Positions 62,773 through 64,000 of a DNA stretch of 64,000 nucleotides are shown here, piece by piece. The notes beneath the pieces are model-generated. The model did no database searches. It was not told the origin of the DNA and saw only the letters and a list, made by a program, of their open reading frames with translations. The stretch is from the NCBI GenBank assembly GCA_041602035.1, contig JBFIHA010000007.1, positions 86,720-150,719 on the forward strand, in the 5' to 3' direction. How positions within the stretch are numbered: the stretch's first letter is position 1; each line of letters starts with the position of its first letter. Source of the stretch: Gemmatimonadales bacterium (lineage in GTDB: Bacteria > Gemmatimonadota > Gemmatimonadetes > Gemmatimonadales > GWC2-71-9). Position numbers and translations under genes: made by a program.

Positions 62773-63491
62773 GCGGACACCGGGCCGGCCGCCGCGGCCT
62801 CGTCTCGTCGATCGGTGTGGAGGCGCTGGACACGCCCGCGCTTGATCCGGAGACCACCCGAGCGACGCTCGCTGACATCGCCACGGCCAACCTGCTGTTC
62901 GGCGGGCAGAGTGCCGTGGCGTGGGGAGTGGACCAACTGCTCGACGGGCACCCGGCTCCGCGAGAGCTTACCGTGCTCGACGTCGGTGCCGGACTCGGTG
63001 ACGTCTTGAACCACCTCCAGCACCGCATGGAGCGTGTGGGTATGAGAGTGAAGCCGCTCGCACTGGACTGGCACCGCACGGCCGCGACGCTGAGCGCGGC
63101 GCGCGGGCTCCCGTCGATCGCGGCAGACGCCCTCGCGCTCCCGATCGCAGACAAGTCGGTCGACATCGTGGTTGCGAGTCAGCTCCTCCACCACTTCAGC
63201 CGTGATGCCGGCTGTGATGTCATCCGGGAGCTCGATCGGGTGGCCAGGCTGGGTGTGGTGGTGGCCGACATTCGGCGCACCTTTGTGGCCGCGTGGGGTA
63301 TCTGGATTGCAGCCGTGCTGTTGGGATTTCACCGCGTCAGCCGACGGGACGGCGTGGTTTCGGTGCGGCGCGGTTTCACCCTCACGGAACTCGTGGCACT
63401 CACGGAGAAGGCGGGCGTGTCGGCCGAGGCTCGGCGGCGTCCCGGCTTCCGCCTCGTCGCTCACTGGAGGACCAGTGCGCACGCTGGATAG
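62769..63491 (+). CDS. class I SAM-dependent methyltransferase
   Basis: VLDVGAGLGDV is SAM motif I. Its GTG start overlaps the upstream stop (GTGA). Confidence 0.7.
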   Translation: MSGHRAGRRGLVSSIGVEALDTPALDPETTRATLADIATANLLFGGQSAVAWGVDQLLDGHPAPRELTVLDVGAGLGDVLNHLQHRMERVGMRVKPLALDWHRTAATLSAARGLPSIAADALALPIADKSVDIVVASQLLHHFSRDAGCDVIRELDRVARLGVVVADIRRTFVAAWGIWIAAVLLGFHRVSRRDGVVSVRRGFTLTELVALTEKAGVSAEARRRPGFRLVAHWRTSAHAG

Positions 63492-63933
63492 CACGCTGAT
63501 CTCAGCACCCATCGATCGGATCTTTCGGCTGGCGTCGGACGTCGAGCGGTGGCCGGAGTTTCTGACTCATTACCGTTGGGTGACCATGCTCGAGCGTGGC
63601 ACCAGCGGTGGGACCGTCGAGATGGCGGCGTGGCGCCCATTCGGGGTGTTCAAGTATCCCACGTGGTGGGTATCCGAGATGGAGGTCGTTCCCGACCGCC
63701 GCGAAGTGCGCTATCACCACGTGCGGGGCATCACGACCGGGATGGACGTGGTCTGGACGCTGACGTCGGCCGGCGATCGGATCGAGGTGACGATCGTGCA
63801 CGAGTGGTCGGGACCCCGGTGGCCGCTGATCGGCGGCGTCGCCGCCAACTGGGTCATCGGGCCGGTGTTCATTCATGGGATTGCCTCCCGGACGCTCGCC
63901 GGCATCAAACGAATGGCGGAAGCGGATGCCTGA
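63475..63933 (+). CDS. SRPBCC-superfamily (polyketide cyclase/dehydrase or lipid-binding) protein
   Basis: The GTG at 63475 within ORF 63172..63933 starts the gene. LISAPIDRIFRLASDVERWPEFLTHY is a typical SRPBCC N-terminus. It overlaps the upstream gene by 17 nt. Confidence 0.65.
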   Translation: MRTLDSTLISAPIDRIFRLASDVERWPEFLTHYRWVTMLERGTSGGTVEMAAWRPFGVFKYPTWWVSEMEVVPDRREVRYHHVRGITTGMDVVWTLTSAGDRIEVTIVHEWSGPRWPLIGGVAANWVIGPVFIHGIASRTLAGIKRMAEADA

Positions 63934-64000
63934 AGTCGTGATCACCGGCGTCGGGTGTGTGACGCCCATTGGCACGGGGGTAGAGGGTCTCTGGGCGGGC
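63926..64000 (+). CDS. beta-ketoacyl synthase (FabF/KS-like), N-terminal fragment cut by the window end
   Basis: My translation is MPEVVITGVGCVTPIGTGVEGLWAG, the canonical KAS I/II N-terminus. The ATG overlaps the upstream stop by 8 nt. Confidence 0.7.
   Translation, partial: MPEVVITGVGCVTPIGTGVEGLWAG

Overview
High-G+C bacterial chromosomal window (roughly two-thirds G+C by eye). The gene content includes many lipoproteins, CarboxypepD_reg/TonB-dependent proteins, a DUF5916 protein, a Ser/Thr kinase with TPRs and an LVIVD protein. This suggests a Gemmatimonadota/Acidobacteriota-like soil bacterium, but that is inference only. I support about 54 protein-coding features (one of them a pseudogene), two tRNAs (His-GTG near 15.6 kb, Trp-CCA near 22.9 kb) and several repeat families. 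The long antisense ORFs in the track are GC-driven shadows. Recognisable content: tandem TenA genes, a MopB molybdoenzyme, a zinc metalloprotease, gpmA, a complete NAGGN osmoprotectant operon (MarR-asnO-ngg-M42 peptidase), a TonB-dependent receptor cluster, two class-C-like serine hydrolases, a Ser/Thr kinase, a CbiX-like protein, an M28 peptidase, ackA, and a lipid/polyketide-like operon cut by the window end. Most unusual observations: (1) An 827-aa ORF fuses a radical-SAM module to a complete ArsM-type arsenite methyltransferase with all four As-binding Cys motifs. (2) The 22.8-36.8 kb region carries the intact tRNA-Trp gene followed by same-orientation duplicates of its 3' portion (42 nt twice, 15-17 nt several times). 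These interleave with a family of about 100-nt imperfect palindromes built from GACGGTAGG-type 9-mers and an ~80-bp direct repeat pair, yet no integrase is visible. (3) Several rare domain fusions occur: SARP-TM-FGE-hydrolase, patatin-ferredoxin and APC permease-RCK. (4) A ~200-bp stretch of ~35% G+C sits between tRNA-His and the NAGGN operon. All functional calls come from motif and family recognition by eye; no searches were run.
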